Assembly: GCA_964019335.1 (NCBI GenBank)
Contig: OZ025762.1
Coordinates: 1 to 64,000 of the forward strand
Origin: Diplonema japonicum
Taxonomy: Eukaryota; Protista; Euglenozoa: Diplonemea
DNA length: 64,000 bases
Reading direction: 5' to 3'
In this document: positions 46,146-58,062 of the stretch, in pieces
Layout of the letters: each line of letters starts with the position of its first letter
Position numbering within the stretch: the stretch's first letter is position 1
Notes under the pieces: model-generated
Database searches by the model: none
Told to the model about the DNA's origin: nothing
Seen by the model: the letters and a program-made list of their open reading frames with translations, nothing else
Position numbers and translations under genes: made by a program

Positions 46146-47264
46146 ATGGATCCGTTGGTACTTCAGGAGAAGGAGCAAGGGGAGTGCTTCGTTACGAACA
46201 ACAACAACACCACACCCCTCACAAAAGAGGAAGGGAGGCTTGCCTTGTGGAGTGCTGTCTCAAAAGGGGACCTTGAGGAGATGAGGGATCTTGTTCTGGA
46301 GCGGGGTGTCGACCCTGGTGCAGCGGACAGCGATGGTTTCACAGCCCTGCACCATGCAGCTCGCGAGAACAACTGTGTCGAGGCTGTGGCTGCTCTCGTC
46401 TCTTCTTACCACCAGGACCCTGGTGTCAGAAGCAACAAAGGTTTGACACCGGTTCATGAAGCAGCAGGGAAGGGACACATCGAGATTGTTAAATATCTAG
46501 CTGAAAATTGTGGTCAAGACTGTGGTGTCAAAGACAACAGCGGTTGGACACCGGTTCATCTTGCATCAGAGAACGGCCACCTCGAGACAGTTAAATATCT
46601 CGCCGAGGCTCGCGGTCAAGACTGTGGTGTCAAACTCAACCACGGTTGGACACCACTTCATTTTGCATCACGGCACGGCCACCTCGAGACATTAAAATAT
46701 CTTGTCGAAAACCGTGGTCAAGACTGTGGTGTCAAATGCAACGTGAGTTGGACACTACTTCATCTTGCATCACATTACGGCCACTTTGAAATTGTTAAAT
46801 ATCTCGCCGAAAACCGCGGTCAAGACTGTGGTGTCAAAAGCAACGAGGGTTGTACACCACTTCTTGCAGCAGAGAAGGGACACATCGAGACAGTTAAATA
46901 TCTTGTCGAAAACCGCTGTCAAGACGCAGGTAGCAAAAGCAACGAGGGTTGGACACTGGTTCATGAAGCAGCAGATAATGGCCACCTTGAAATAGTTAAA
47001 TATCTCACCGAAAACCGCGGTCAAGACTGTGGTGTCAAATGCAACGAGGGTTGTACACCACTACATCTTGCAGCAGAGAAGGGACACATCGAGACAGTTA
47101 AATATCTTGTCGAAAACCGCGGTCAAGACTGTGGTGTCAAAAACAACAACGGTTGTACACCGCTTCATGAAGCAACAGCGAAGAGGCACCTCGAGGTAGT
47201 TAAAATTCTTGTTGCATCTTACGGTCTAACCCGTGGTCCGAAGCGTCGAAAGCTGCAACAGTAG
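46146..47264 (+). CDS. Ankyrin-repeat protein (paralog 1)
   Basis: About 10 repeats of 34 aa, GxTPLHLAxxxGHLEIVKYLxENRGQDCGVK. Confidence 0.92.
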   Translation: MDPLVLQEKEQGECFVTNNNNTTPLTKEEGRLALWSAVSKGDLEEMRDLVLERGVDPGAADSDGFTALHHAARENNCVEAVAALVSSYHQDPGVRSNKGLTPVHEAAGKGHIEIVKYLAENCGQDCGVKDNSGWTPVHLASENGHLETVKYLAEARGQDCGVKLNHGWTPLHFASRHGHLETLKYLVENRGQDCGVKCNVSWTLLHLASHYGHFEIVKYLAENRGQDCGVKSNEGCTPLLAAEKGHIETVKYLVENRCQDAGSKSNEGWTLVHEAADNGHLEIVKYLTENRGQDCGVKCNEGCTPLHLAAEKGHIETVKYLVENRGQDCGVKNNNGCTPLHEATAKRHLEVVKILVASYGLTRGPKRRKLQQ

Positions 47265-47719
47265 GAAACTGGATGGTATAAAAACAGCAGTCCTTTATGG
47301 GTTTAGAAAAAGAAGAGAAAAAAAGGAAAGAAAAGAAAAGAACAAGAAACAGGATGTTTGAATACCTACGCCACTCTGAATAGAAAAAGAAAAGAGCGAG
47401 AAAAGGGCGAGATTCTTCTAAAGAATCAGGAAGAGAAAAATATCCGGGTTTTTTTATTTTCTGGGAGTTTGTCACTCCGGCATTTTTCTCCCCCTGAATC
47501 TTTTTTAACTGAGGGGCTTATGGGGAGCACACTATCCTCAAGAAGGGGTCCGCTGCACCCTCGGGACAGCATTCGGCCGTGGGACAGGTTTTCTTTTTTT
47601 TACCACCGAAGAAGGAGAAACCACTGCTGAAAGGGGATAGGTACAGGTAGTGGATGAGAACTTGGGGGCGTCTTACAAAGATTTCCTTTAACTCATATAT
47701 ATTTGTTTTTTTCGCATTG

Positions 47720-48027
47720 GGCGGTGGAATCAACATCAGATGTGTTGTTCGCTGTTGACCTCCTCGTCGGTCATCACCGGTAGCGCCCGGGTGGAAGATC
47801 ATATAGCAGATGCTCAGGGTGACGAACTGGTGGCAAACTGCACGAGCGCAGAATCTTGGTTACCCGGGACGCTCCCTGGCTGGGGTTGAGCTGTACACCG
47901 CACACATTAAGGACACGACACGGAACGCAGAAGAAGCTACAACTCGGCCGCGGTGTGCCCCCTGTAATCAAGTAGACAGTTCTTGTGCAGTGGCGCCGCC
48001 AACACCGGCCTCCTTTAACTCATATAT
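47720..48027 (+). mobile_element. Near full-length ribozyme-retroposon copy with shortened J1/2
   Basis: GGCGGTG...GACCTCCTCGTCGGTCATCACCGG...GGGTGACGAAC (C47823)...AACTCATATAT. It is preceded by the tail of another copy at ~47685-47700. Confidence 0.88.
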
Positions 48028-48151
48028 TTTCTTCTTCTTTTTTAATAAAGTGCCCCCCCCCCTTTTTTTCACCTACTTTTTCGTCTCATCTATCTAAAAC
48101 AGGAAAAGAAAAAAAAAAGAAGAGAATACACGAAAATAAAACTATTGAGAG

Positions 48152-48952
48152 ATGAAAAAGGGAAGAGGTAGAAGAGGTGCTTCCGTGACTACCGGGAAGA
48201 AGGCCGGGCTTACGCTCCCTGTTTCAAGGGTAGCGAAGCGAATGAAGGAGATAGGCAGATGCAGCAGGGTGTCGAAGGAGGCAGCCGTCATAATTTGTGC
48301 AGCCGCACAACATTTCTTAGAAGAGGTACTGGAAGCATCACACCAGCAGAGGCGAGAGACGCTCACACCAAAGCATCTTAAAGAGGCTTTTGAGCACGAT
48401 GCTGATTTGTCGGAGCACTTTTACCAGTCGGAGCCCCACATGATGCGCAGTGGGATGCCAGTGGGCAGCGTAGGAGAGTTTGCTTTGAGGAACTACAAAA
48501 GAAAAAAAATCAAGAAGGTCAAGACGGTTAAAAAGCCAAAAAAAACTGCGAAAAAACCGATGAAGAAAACGGGTGCTGCACCACCTGTAAAACAAGATAC
48601 TGCACAAGAAGACACCGCATGTGCTGCCCCTATGCCCCAGCGCCGTGTCCTAGAAGCTACACCTACCGCAGGAAGACGAGGCACAGGGCACAAATGGCAA
48701 TATGTAGAAAACGATGAAACATGGAGAGACTACAGAGTAGATGCGTCTGCTGTTGTAGAGCAGCATTTCCATGAATGGGAACAGGACGGTAAGGGCAGTG
48801 ACATTGTCGTAAGAGCCGTGAAATCTGGAGATTGGTCTTATGATGTGTGCTTCAAGACGCTGCAGCAAACCAACGTCGATCACCAAAGCCACACCAAAAG
48901 GAGGATCCGCAGGGTAACCCTGAGTGAGCCTGCTGGCGGAAGGGTTTCGTAA
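48152..48952 (+). CDS. Histone H2A-like fold + Lys-rich linker + WWE domain protein
   Basis: KAGLTLPVSRV..RVSKEAAV..EVLE..TPKHL..DADL (H2A pattern), then KRKKIKKVKTVKKPKKTAKK, then KWQY...WRDY...VE...YDVCFKTLQQTN...TKRRIRR (WWE pattern). Confidence 0.82.
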   Translation: MKKGRGRRGASVTTGKKAGLTLPVSRVAKRMKEIGRCSRVSKEAAVIICAAAQHFLEEVLEASHQQRRETLTPKHLKEAFEHDADLSEHFYQSEPHMMRSGMPVGSVGEFALRNYKRKKIKKVKTVKKPKKTAKKPMKKTGAAPPVKQDTAQEDTACAAPMPQRRVLEATPTAGRRGTGHKWQYVENDETWRDYRVDASAVVEQHFHEWEQDGKGSDIVVRAVKSGDWSYDVCFKTLQQTNVDHQSHTKRRIRRVTLSEPAGGRVS

Positions 48953-49613
48953 AAAAAGAAGAAAAAAAAGAAAGCAACGCAAACGTAGTGGAGTGTCGAA
49001 CACACGGGAGGGGGGGGGGGGGGGGGGGGGAGCTTTAGATAATGGAAACGTTTTTTCTTTTTTTTTCTTTTTTTTCTTTTTTTTCTCCCTTCCTCCAATT
49101 CTTTTTTTTTTTTATCCCATGGTTAACTGAGAGGGAGGGGAATATAATTTTCCAACTTTTTCGTCATTATTTTCTTTTTTTGTTTTTGTTTTGTTCTATT
49201 TAAAGCGACGGGGGCTGATTTCGAATGTCGAGATAAGATCTTTGCCATTTGATGCCCCTACCGGCCGAAGCAAGCAAAAAACCGCCAAAAGTGTAAAGTG
49301 TTTCCTTCAGTAAAGGAACACGTCCGACTCCAATACTTGACAAGCACTTTGTTGCCTCCAATCTGGGGACGTCCTTGTAAGGTTTTTTAATACTGCTCCT
49401 TTCGTCTTTCAAGAGGTTTAAAAAAAAAAAAAAAAAAAAAAGCCGGGCAACGCGTGGAGGGAGGGGGGGGGGGGGGGGGGGGGCAGGGGAGCAAGATGAC
49501 GTCTGCAGTGGGGGCATCGATGTTGAAGAGGCAGCACAGGACCAGCAGAAAGCTAAAAGGCTCCACACAGCCCAGCTGGGTGGGGTCGGTCAGGCTAGAC
49601 CAAGATGGGGTGG

Positions 49614-49656
<43 letters not shown>

Positions 49657-50399
49657 AGGCTTGATGACAAGGGGGGTGAATGGCATACCTCAGCTCCAGC
49701 CCGCATTCCGAAACATAGACATCAATCGTGAAAAGCGCTCCGACATCTGGGAGTTCAAATCCGCCTTGAGAGACCAAGGCCTGAAACTATGGGACAGAGA
49801 ACTTGACTCCTGTTCACGTACCACGACCTGACTGCTGCGGTGAAATAGACATAGATGACTTCCTTGCAGAAGGTGTAGAGCAACTCCTTCAAACCATTCT
49901 TCTCAAACTCCGCGCATGCGACAGAGGACCGCGAGCGAACCCACTCCAGCTGCATAGGTCTCTCCAGAATGCTCACAAGATCTGGGGGGCAGAAGGGGGT
50001 CGGGACCCTCTATTACAACGAGTCGCAGTGGTCGACTGTCCTGCATTCCTACAACTAGGAACAATCGGAAACAACCCTACACAATGTAGGAGTGCCGGCC
50101 CGGCGTGCTACGAGGGCGATAGGCTATGCAAGGTTTCACAGACCTCGCACCCTATGGTTTAGTTTCCACCTTTTCCATTTTCTTTCCACTTTTGAAATTT
50201 TTTGAACTTTTTATTCCCCTTTCTTCTTTTTCCTTTTCCCACATGTTTTCGGTCCCGGGTATTACGATAAACTGCGTCCGCCGACGCGTCTGGACCAGCA
50301 CTTCCTGGCGAGGACGTTTTTCGCTTTTTATTCCCACTTGCAATATCATTTCAGCCACCTCTACCTGCACAACATCAAACAACAACAACAACGAAAAGC

Positions 50400-52343
50400 A
50401 TGGATCCGTCGGTACTTCAGGAGAAGGAGCAAGGGGGGTGCTTCGTTACGAACAACAACAACACCACACCCCTCACAAAAGAGGAAGGGAGGCTTGCCTT
50501 GTGGAGTGCTGTCTCAAAAGGGGACCTTGAGGAGATGAGGGATCTTGTTCTGGAGCGGGGTGTCGACCCTGGTGCAGCGGACAGCGATGGTTTCACAGCC
50601 CTGCACCATGCAGCTCGCGAGAACAACTGTGTCGAGGCTGTGGCTGCTCTCGTCTCTTCTTACCACCAGGACCCTGGTGTCAGAAGCAACAAAGGTTTGA
50701 CACCGGTTCATGAAGCAGCAGGGAAGGGACACATCGAGATTGTTAAATATCTAGCTGAAAATTGTGGTCAAGACTGTGGTGTCAAAAGCAACGACGGTAG
50801 GACACCGGTTCATCTTGCATCATTGACCGGCCACCTCATGACATTAAAATATCTTGTCGAAAATCGTGGCCAAGACTGTGGTGTCAAATTCTTGAATGGT
50901 TGGACACCGGTTCATCTTGCATCACAGAACGGCCACCTCGACACATTAAAATACCTTGTCGAAAACCACGGTCAAGACGCAGGTATCAAAACCTCCAGCG
51001 GCAGGACATCAGTTCATCTTGCATCACATTACGGCCACCTCGAGACAGTTAAATATCTTGTCGAAGCTTGCGGTCAAGACTGTGGTCTCAAAAGCAACGA
51101 GGGTTGTACACCGCTTCATGTAGCATCGAAGATGGGACACATCGAGATAGTTAAATATCTCGCCGAAAACCGCGGTCAAGACTGTGGTGTCAAATGCAAC
51201 GACGGTAGGACACCGGTTCATCTTGCATCACTGACCGGCCACCTCATGACATTAAAATATCTTGTCGAAAATCGTGGCCAAGACTGTGGTGTCAAATTCT
51301 TGAATGGTTGGACACCGGTTCATCTTGCATCACATAACGGCCACCTCGAGACATTAAAATACCTTGTCGAAAACCGCGGTCAAGACTGTGGTGTGGAAAG
51401 CAACGACGGTAGTACACCGCTTCATGAAGCAGCAGAGAAGGGACATATCGGGATTGTTAAATATCTCGCCGAAAATTGCGGTCAAGACTGTGGTGTCAAA
51501 AGCTACGACGGTAGGACGCCGGTTCATCTTGCATCGAAGAACGGCCACCTCGAGACATTAAAATATCTTGTTGAAAACCGCGGTCAAGACGCAGGTATCG
51601 AAAGAAACGCAGGTATCAAAAGAAACGTGGGTCGGACACCGCTTCATGACGCAGCAGAGAGCGGCCACCTTGAAATAGTTAAATATCTTACCAAAAACCG
51701 CGGACAAGACAGAGGAATCAAATGCAAAGCCGGTTGTACACCGCTTCATGTCGCAGCATGGAAGGGACGCATCGAGATAGTAAAATATCTTGCCGAAAAC
51801 TGCGGTCAGGACTGTGGTGGCAAACTCAACGACGGTAGTACACCGGTTCATCTTGTATCGAAGAACGGCCACCTCGAGACATTAAAATATCTTGTCGAAA
51901 ATCGCGGCCAGGACTGTGGTGTCAAAAGCAATGGGGGTTGTACACCGCTTCATCAAGCAGCAGGAAGTGGACACATCGAGATAGTGAAATATCTCGCCGA
52001 AAATTGTGGTCAAGACTGTGGTGTCAAAGACAACAGCGGTTGGACATCGGTTCATCTTGCATCACATTACGGCCACCTCGAGACATTAAAATATGTTGTT
52101 GAAAACCGCGGTCAAGACGCAGGTATCAAAAGAAACGACGGTTGTACACCGCTTCATATTGCATCAAGGAAAGGACACATCGAGATGGTTAAATATCTCA
52201 CCGACTGCAGTCAAGACAGTGGTGTCAAAAACAACAACGGTTGTACACCGCTTCATGAAGCGGTAACAGAGAGGCACCTCGAGATAGTAAAATATCTTGT
52301 TGCATCTTACGGTCTAACCCGTGGTCAGAAACTACAACAGTAG
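50400..52343 (+). CDS. Ankyrin-repeat protein (paralog 2, expanded repeat number)
   Basis: The first ~128 aa are nearly identical to 46146..47264; about 18 repeats. Confidence 0.92.
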   Translation: MDPSVLQEKEQGGCFVTNNNNTTPLTKEEGRLALWSAVSKGDLEEMRDLVLERGVDPGAADSDGFTALHHAARENNCVEAVAALVSSYHQDPGVRSNKGLTPVHEAAGKGHIEIVKYLAENCGQDCGVKSNDGRTPVHLASLTGHLMTLKYLVENRGQDCGVKFLNGWTPVHLASQNGHLDTLKYLVENHGQDAGIKTSSGRTSVHLASHYGHLETVKYLVEACGQDCGLKSNEGCTPLHVASKMGHIEIVKYLAENRGQDCGVKCNDGRTPVHLASLTGHLMTLKYLVENRGQDCGVKFLNGWTPVHLASHNGHLETLKYLVENRGQDCGVESNDGSTPLHEAAEKGHIGIVKYLAENCGQDCGVKSYDGRTPVHLASKNGHLETLKYLVENRGQDAGIERNAGIKRNVGRTPLHDAAESGHLEIVKYLTKNRGQDRGIKCKAGCTPLHVAAWKGRIEIVKYLAENCGQDCGGKLNDGSTPVHLVSKNGHLETLKYLVENRGQDCGVKSNGGCTPLHQAAGSGHIEIVKYLAENCGQDCGVKDNSGWTSVHLASHYGHLETLKYVVENRGQDAGIKRNDGCTPLHIASRKGHIEMVKYLTDCSQDSGVKNNNGCTPLHEAVTERHLEIVKYLVASYGLTRGQKLQQ

Positions 52344-52604
52344 GACACCGCAATTCGCATGGGCAGTGGAATCATTTTATTTTTGGTCGGGAAAAATACT
52401 CTCCATACCTGCTGAGACGCTAGTGGAGCCAATGAAGGGTGCTACTTGCCTGGAGAGATTAGCACTTGGAGGAGTCGCAAGATTAGATCGAAACTGAGAG
52501 ATCCCTAGTACTGACCATACCCCCTCCCTTTTTAGGGCATGCGGCTTTCGCTTTAGGAGTTTGCATGTTAATTTGAGTTTTATTTTCAGCGGCAGTACTA
52601 AGGA

Positions 52605-53030
52605 AGCAGGTGGAGAACGACACAGGGGTCCGCTTGCTGTCTTACGCGGACGATGCATACCTCTTGGCACGGCTCGGTGCGGCGTTGCTGCAGAAGGCGA
52701 AGATCATCAGCAGCACGAACCTACCGAGCTGACTCTACGACTGCCCATTCTCACCGCCGAAAACGGGACAAATGGCCACGCTGGTGAAGGAGACCACGGC
52801 ACAGTCTATCCGTGACACTGCCGGGACACACGAGCCACCCACAGATGACAGCTGCATACAGAGCACTTATGCTCCTATACAGAGCCTGCAAGAAGGACGC
52901 AAGCTGTGGACAACCAGCAAAGCTTGTGGGTAGAGAACACCAGTACGGTCATGAGTACCCGGGCAACCGGGTGAGCGTCTCGAGACACCCACCTAGTGGG
53001 TACGGCCTTAGCAAGTCGAAAAGGAAGTGG
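52605..53030 (+). pseudogene. Decayed non-LTR reverse transcriptase fragment
   Basis: A frame not listed in the ORF track reads GVRLLSYADDAYLLAR at ~52625-52675 (YADD motif). The boundaries are approximate. Confidence 0.55.
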
Positions 53031-53064
<34 letters not shown>

Positions 53065-53067
<3 letters not shown>

Positions 53068-53338
53068 GAAAAAGAAAAGAGCGAGAAAAGGGCGAGATTC
53101 TTCTAAAGAATCCGGAAGAGAAAAATATCCGGGGGGTTTTTTTTTTCTGGGAGTTTGTCACTCCGGCATTTTTCTCCCCCTGAATCTTTTTTAACTGAGG
53201 GGCTTATGGGGAGCACACTATCCTCAAGAAGGGGTCCGCTGCACCCTCGGGACAGCATTCGGCCGTGGGACAGGTTTTCTTTTTTTTACCACCGAAGAAG
53301 GAGAAACCACTGCTGAAAGGGGATAGGTACAGGTAGTG
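53065..53338 (+). repeat. ~275-bp segment duplicated from 47379-47652 (3' flank of both ankyrin paralogs)
   Basis: AATAGAAAAAGAAAAGAGCGAG...GGATAGGTACAGGTAGTG is near-identical in both places. Confidence 0.9.
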
Positions 53339-55318
53339 AATCATTTTATTTTCCTCTTGCCCCTTAAATGTTTCTTTTTCTTTTTAGTGTTCTTTTTCCT
53401 CCCCACCCCTTTTATTATTTCCTTTATATCGCCACCCTTTAAAAAAAAAAACGGTTTATTTACCCCTTCCCCCCCATTTTCTTTTTTACCCATCCCTTCC
53501 ACCGGTATATAAAAAAAAAAGAGTGCCTCATTAAGAAGAAAAGAATGTTAAAACGACAAGCTGCGCTCCGTAGTAGTAGCGTCCCTTAAAACAGCCACAC
53601 CGAATGGGACCAGCTGGAGGAAGTCATCGAGGAAGTTGCGTCCCGGAATAGCTCGTCAGCGGTCAAGCCGTCTGGCCCGAAAAACACTGGGAGACAGCGA
53701 GCAAGTCGTGTGGCCTACTACCTTTCTTAATAGATGCTTTACAGCTGCGTTCAACCCAATATCCATCGGTTGAACCATGTAGGTGAGCCCAGGGGGACAA
53801 AAGCAATGTGCACGTTTGCGCCTGCGAACCACTCTACGAACCCATAGGCATAGGTCGTGTGAGAGTTGTGGTCGCCGACAAGCAGCAGAATCGGCCCGTT
53901 CGGCAAAACCATGGGAATCGATGGTTTATAGCAAAAAGGAAGAAACAGCTCCGTAACCCAGATACCGAGTATCATAATTAGCCCAATGATTGGGCGATGC
54001 CGTTAGGCTCCATGCGACGGGGCACGGATAATCCCTGCCGGTTGCGTTTCCGCTTTGCCTTTGTATTTAAGTTGCAACCCATCCAGCCAAGGAAACAGCC
54101 AGCTGTTCGGTTATAGCCGTTTTGTCCCCCAAGCCACGGACTTTTACGACCTTAGCACCCCTTTTCGTTTTAGTTTTTAACCCTGTATTCCAGACCAATT
54201 CCGGCCTTACTTTATGGGTGTCGATTATGGACCTGAATTCCATGGTGCCCTCTCGTTGTCCTTCTCGTTTCCGGGCTTTCCGGAGGTGGCTTGCGGCTTT
54301 TGTCTTTCTTGCTGCAAAGTTTTGTCAGCCTAGTCAGTGGAAAAGGACAGTGCTCCACCAAAGTCTGCCAGGTTTGTCTTTCGGGCTGGATTGGCGCGCA
54401 GCAGCCCTTCTGCATAGGTGTTGTGCTGGGATAAGCTCGCCAAGCCCGTTTTACCTATCGACTCAAGCAAAAACTTTCAGCCCCCGAAGGATGCTAAATC
54501 CCGTATTGGGCGATACGCTGCTATCACGGCGTCGCGGCGGCCAGGGTGTGGTAGGGTGGAATAGCAACGTCCAGTATTTCCGTCTGGAAGAAACTGGGGG
54601 CTCTGTTGAACCTGTTGCTGCCGTCTTCTGACCGAGGCAGAGGCCGCCAAGCTGCTTTCGGGGGTTTGTACTGGCCTTCTCGGCCCGGTGTAAGGAGTTT
54701 ATCTCCTCCACCTCTCGGGGGTGAGCTGGCCGGGGGTGTCAGCACCAAAGTTGGGCCCCTCACAAGCCAGCTGCTCAACGTGCCTTGGGTAGTCGAACTG
54801 GTTAATTTGACGAAAGAAGTACGGGTTTATGAGAAGTTAAAGATCCCGTGGGTGCTGTTTGTTGGTGCATTGAAAGGGGAAGAAAAATTCAAACTGCCAC
54901 GCAGGGTAAACATTTTGGCGCACAAGGAATAAAGCCCTTCCAGGCAACGTGGTGGGAGCTGCTACCCCCCCTTAAGTAAAAAAACTTCTTCCCAGAAAAA
55001 CTCCCGGACGGAAAAATGTCCGGGTTTTTTTGGTGTCCGGGAGTTTTTCTGTCCGAGAATTTTTCCGTCCGACATTATTCGTTTTACAGTATATGATCAA
55101 TGTGTGTTTATAGTAAACCCGTAAATGCAGATGTCGGCACGCCCAGTTGTATCGCTGTGGGCCCCTCGCGGAAAAGTATATGTATAAGAAGTCCAGCATG
55201 CACAACCAGCAGAACTCCGATCAGGCTCGTTGAGGGCGTTAATGAACGCAAAGAACTACGTTACAGCGGGAGAAAAGGACAGGAGCGCAGCGTACGCCTC
55301 AAAGTGGAAGGGAAGAAG

Positions 55319-56839
55319 ATGCTGTTCGACCACGCGTTGTTCCCCTGTGACCTGAAGAGGGTGTGCCGCTACGGTGGATGCGATCTTCGCCTCATGGAGG
55401 GGAGGAAGGGAAGGGAAAACTGCACCTCGTGCCTTGCAACCTTCGGGGCGTCCCTGCCCCTCTTGTCCTGCTGTGTGGGGCACCACTTCCGGCTCTGCAT
55501 GTACTGTGGAGGGCACCCTGAGGTCCTTTCTCTTTCCGTCGGGGAAGTGGTGGTTCCTGGCCCCACCTGGATCCACACGGAAGAAGGGACCCCCGCCACA
55601 CATGGCACCGTGGAAGTGATGACCGACAAAACACTCGGGGTGAGGTGGGTTGACCAGGAGCGCTCCCGCAGACTCACCTTCCTCAGACCACTCCCTTTCT
55701 GTGATGTCGTTCCTGCAGACCTTTCCTGTGCTGAGGGGGATGATGATCCCTTCGTCGACAAGGATTCTTCTGCGAGGGAGGCTGACCGCAGTCACCGGAA
55801 GGCGTACAGGAAAAAGCACTTGTTGGTGGGAGAGTACGAAGGGATCTTCATGAGCACGGGTGAAGGGACGGCTCCTGCAGGCAGGGACCACGTGTCGAGG
55901 TTATTCTTCCCAACAAGAGAGTTGTTTGATGAGCTTTTAGCCCTGCGGTTCTTGGGACAGGAGGTGGACCTGTACGAAGGCATGCAGCAAGGTACCGACA
56001 TGGTAGGTGTTGTGACAAAGATGCATGGGGAACAGGTTCTGTGGGAAGAGGTGTTCCGTCACGTGGATTCTGGGGACAAGCAGTGGTACACTGTGGAGGA
56101 AGAGTACGCATCCGGCAGTCGTTCGTGTGACGAGGAGTGGCACGTTTCCTTGAGGCGTGAGGGGATGCTGAAGGGCCCTCCAAGGACAGCGAGCGCGGAT
56201 GAATGCGAGCAGTCATTATTATTTGACTGGGTGTGTGACAAGGTGATGGAAGAGGCAGGTTGCAATGGCGAAGTGGCCCACGTGACAAGCAGCATGCTGG
56301 TGTTCAAAGTGAAATGCTTCGAGGATGCTCTGAGTGTGTGGCGATCGATGAAGAAAGCCCCCTGCAGCCAAGAGATCACCATACAACTCCCTGACGGGGA
56401 GCGTCAATCCGTCTGGGTGTCGAGCAAGGAGACAGTCGGGTCGTTCCGAAAGAAGGTTGCAAACACCATGTGGACGGATAGCAGCACGATGTACACCATC
56501 GAGGCTCTGGACAGGGAGGACTCTGAGACGGAACTCTTCAGTGCCATCGAAACCGATGAGGTGTCCGTGTCCCTTTCAAAAAGAGAGACCTCCTTCCTAT
56601 TCTTGAAGCAGCTCTACCCCACTTATGTAAACGTGACCATCTCACAGTTCACGAAGCTCCTCGACGAAAACACAGCACACGAGGAGCTCATCACCCTCAT
56701 CGTCGATTCCTACCCACACCTCCTTGAGGAGCAGCACCCCATTACCGGCTTCACACCACTCATCCACTGCGTCGTGCAAGGGGACGTTGCCGGGGTACGT
56801 CATCTCGTAGCTGAACTGTCACCATACACAGAAAGGAAC

Positions 56840-56870
<31 letters not shown>

Positions 56871-57379
56871 CGAACGAAAGAGAAGATCGCGTGTCCGGAG
56901 TCACACCTCTCACGGCCTGCCTTATGAACGGAGGGAGTTTGGACATCTTGAGCCTGCTGCTTGATGCGGGGGAACGTGCTAATGAAGAGCTGGAAGGTAG
57001 AAGGCCGCTGCACATCTGCGCGCACAACGGCATGTCGGACGCCTTCGAACTTCTTGCCGACAGAGGTGCGGACCCAACGACACGGGACACAGATATGAGA
57101 ACACCGCTTGTGGTAGCAGCGATACAGGAACGCCACAAGCTGCTTCGTGCAGTGGCCGGGAGGTGTGTGTCAGGCATGAACATGAGGGACGTGTACGGGA
57201 GGACTGCGCTTCACTATGTTTCGGTGTCGGGCGATGTCCTGACGATGCGGGCACTGGTGGAAAACGGGGCGGACGTGCATGCGAAGGACGACGATGGGTG
57301 CGATCCCATGTGGTTCGCTGTGGAGTACTGCAACGAGGCCGCAATCAGGTACCTCATCTCTCAAGGGGTGGACTGGTAG
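55319..57379 (+). CDS. Protein with Cys-rich N-terminus, central UBL-like segment and C-terminal ankyrin repeats
   Basis: ITIQLPDGERQSVWVSSKETVGSFRKKVA (UBL-like); GFTPLIHC, GRRPLHIC, GRTALHY (ankyrin); (ACA)n poly-Thr tract. Start codon uncertain. Confidence 0.8.
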
Positions 57380-57810
57380 GAGGCTGACACAAACAAAACA
57401 AATATTGTAAGGGGTGGACTGGTAGGAGAATGACACAAACAAAACAAATATTGTACTTAAAACAATTCTATTAATTTCTATCTGCTCTCCAACAACTGAA
57501 GAGGTCAACTTTGCTTATGTCGCCTTCCTCCATTTTTATTTTTTTATTTTTCAGCTTTTTTCAAATCATTCTCACACAGTAGTTTGTGTGGGAAATGAGG
57601 AAAAACGAACCTCGTAAAACAATTCTTCTAGCCCTTTTTATAAATTTGGAGCGGTGACTTGAGCTTTCTTCTTTATTTCTTATTAGAAAGGTAGATAAGA
57701 GAGTCAAGGGGGGGAGGTTCCATAAAAAAAAAAGTGGAACCTTCGTCCTTTTTATCTCATCCCTTTCTTATTACTTATTTTCTCTCTTCCCCCCCCCCCT
57801 CTTTTTTTAA

Positions 57811-58062
57811 GGTGGTGGGGATAACATGGATATATAAGAAGTACATCAGATGTGTTGTTCGCTGTTGACCTCCTCGTCGGTCATCACCGGTAGCGCCCGA
57901 GTGGAAGAACGTAACGCAGTTGAGCTGCACACCGCACGCATTAAGTACACGACGCGGAACGCAGAAGAAGCTACAACTCGGCCGCGGTGCGCCCCCTGTA
58001 ATCAAGTAGATAGTTCTTGTGGAGGGCGCCGCCAACACCGGCCTCCTTCAACTCTTATATAT
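57811..58062 (+). mobile_element. Ribozyme-retroposon copy with perfect P1/P3 but a deletion removing J4/2 and P2'
   Basis: P1 GGTGGTG 57811-17 pairs with CATCACC 57882-88. The sequence jumps from GCAG (57919) to TTGAGCTG. Confidence 0.88.

Noticed and set aside
49500-50150. Coding-like fragments between the H2A-WWE and ankyrin genes
   Set aside because: Broken by stops and homopolymers, with no recognisable family.
53580-54930. Possible DIRS/TATE-like retroelement relic on the minus strand
   Set aside because: GC-richer decayed coding-like sequence with a vague RNase H-like fragment (ILLLVGDHN...VHIAFVP), but no diagnostic motif I can support.
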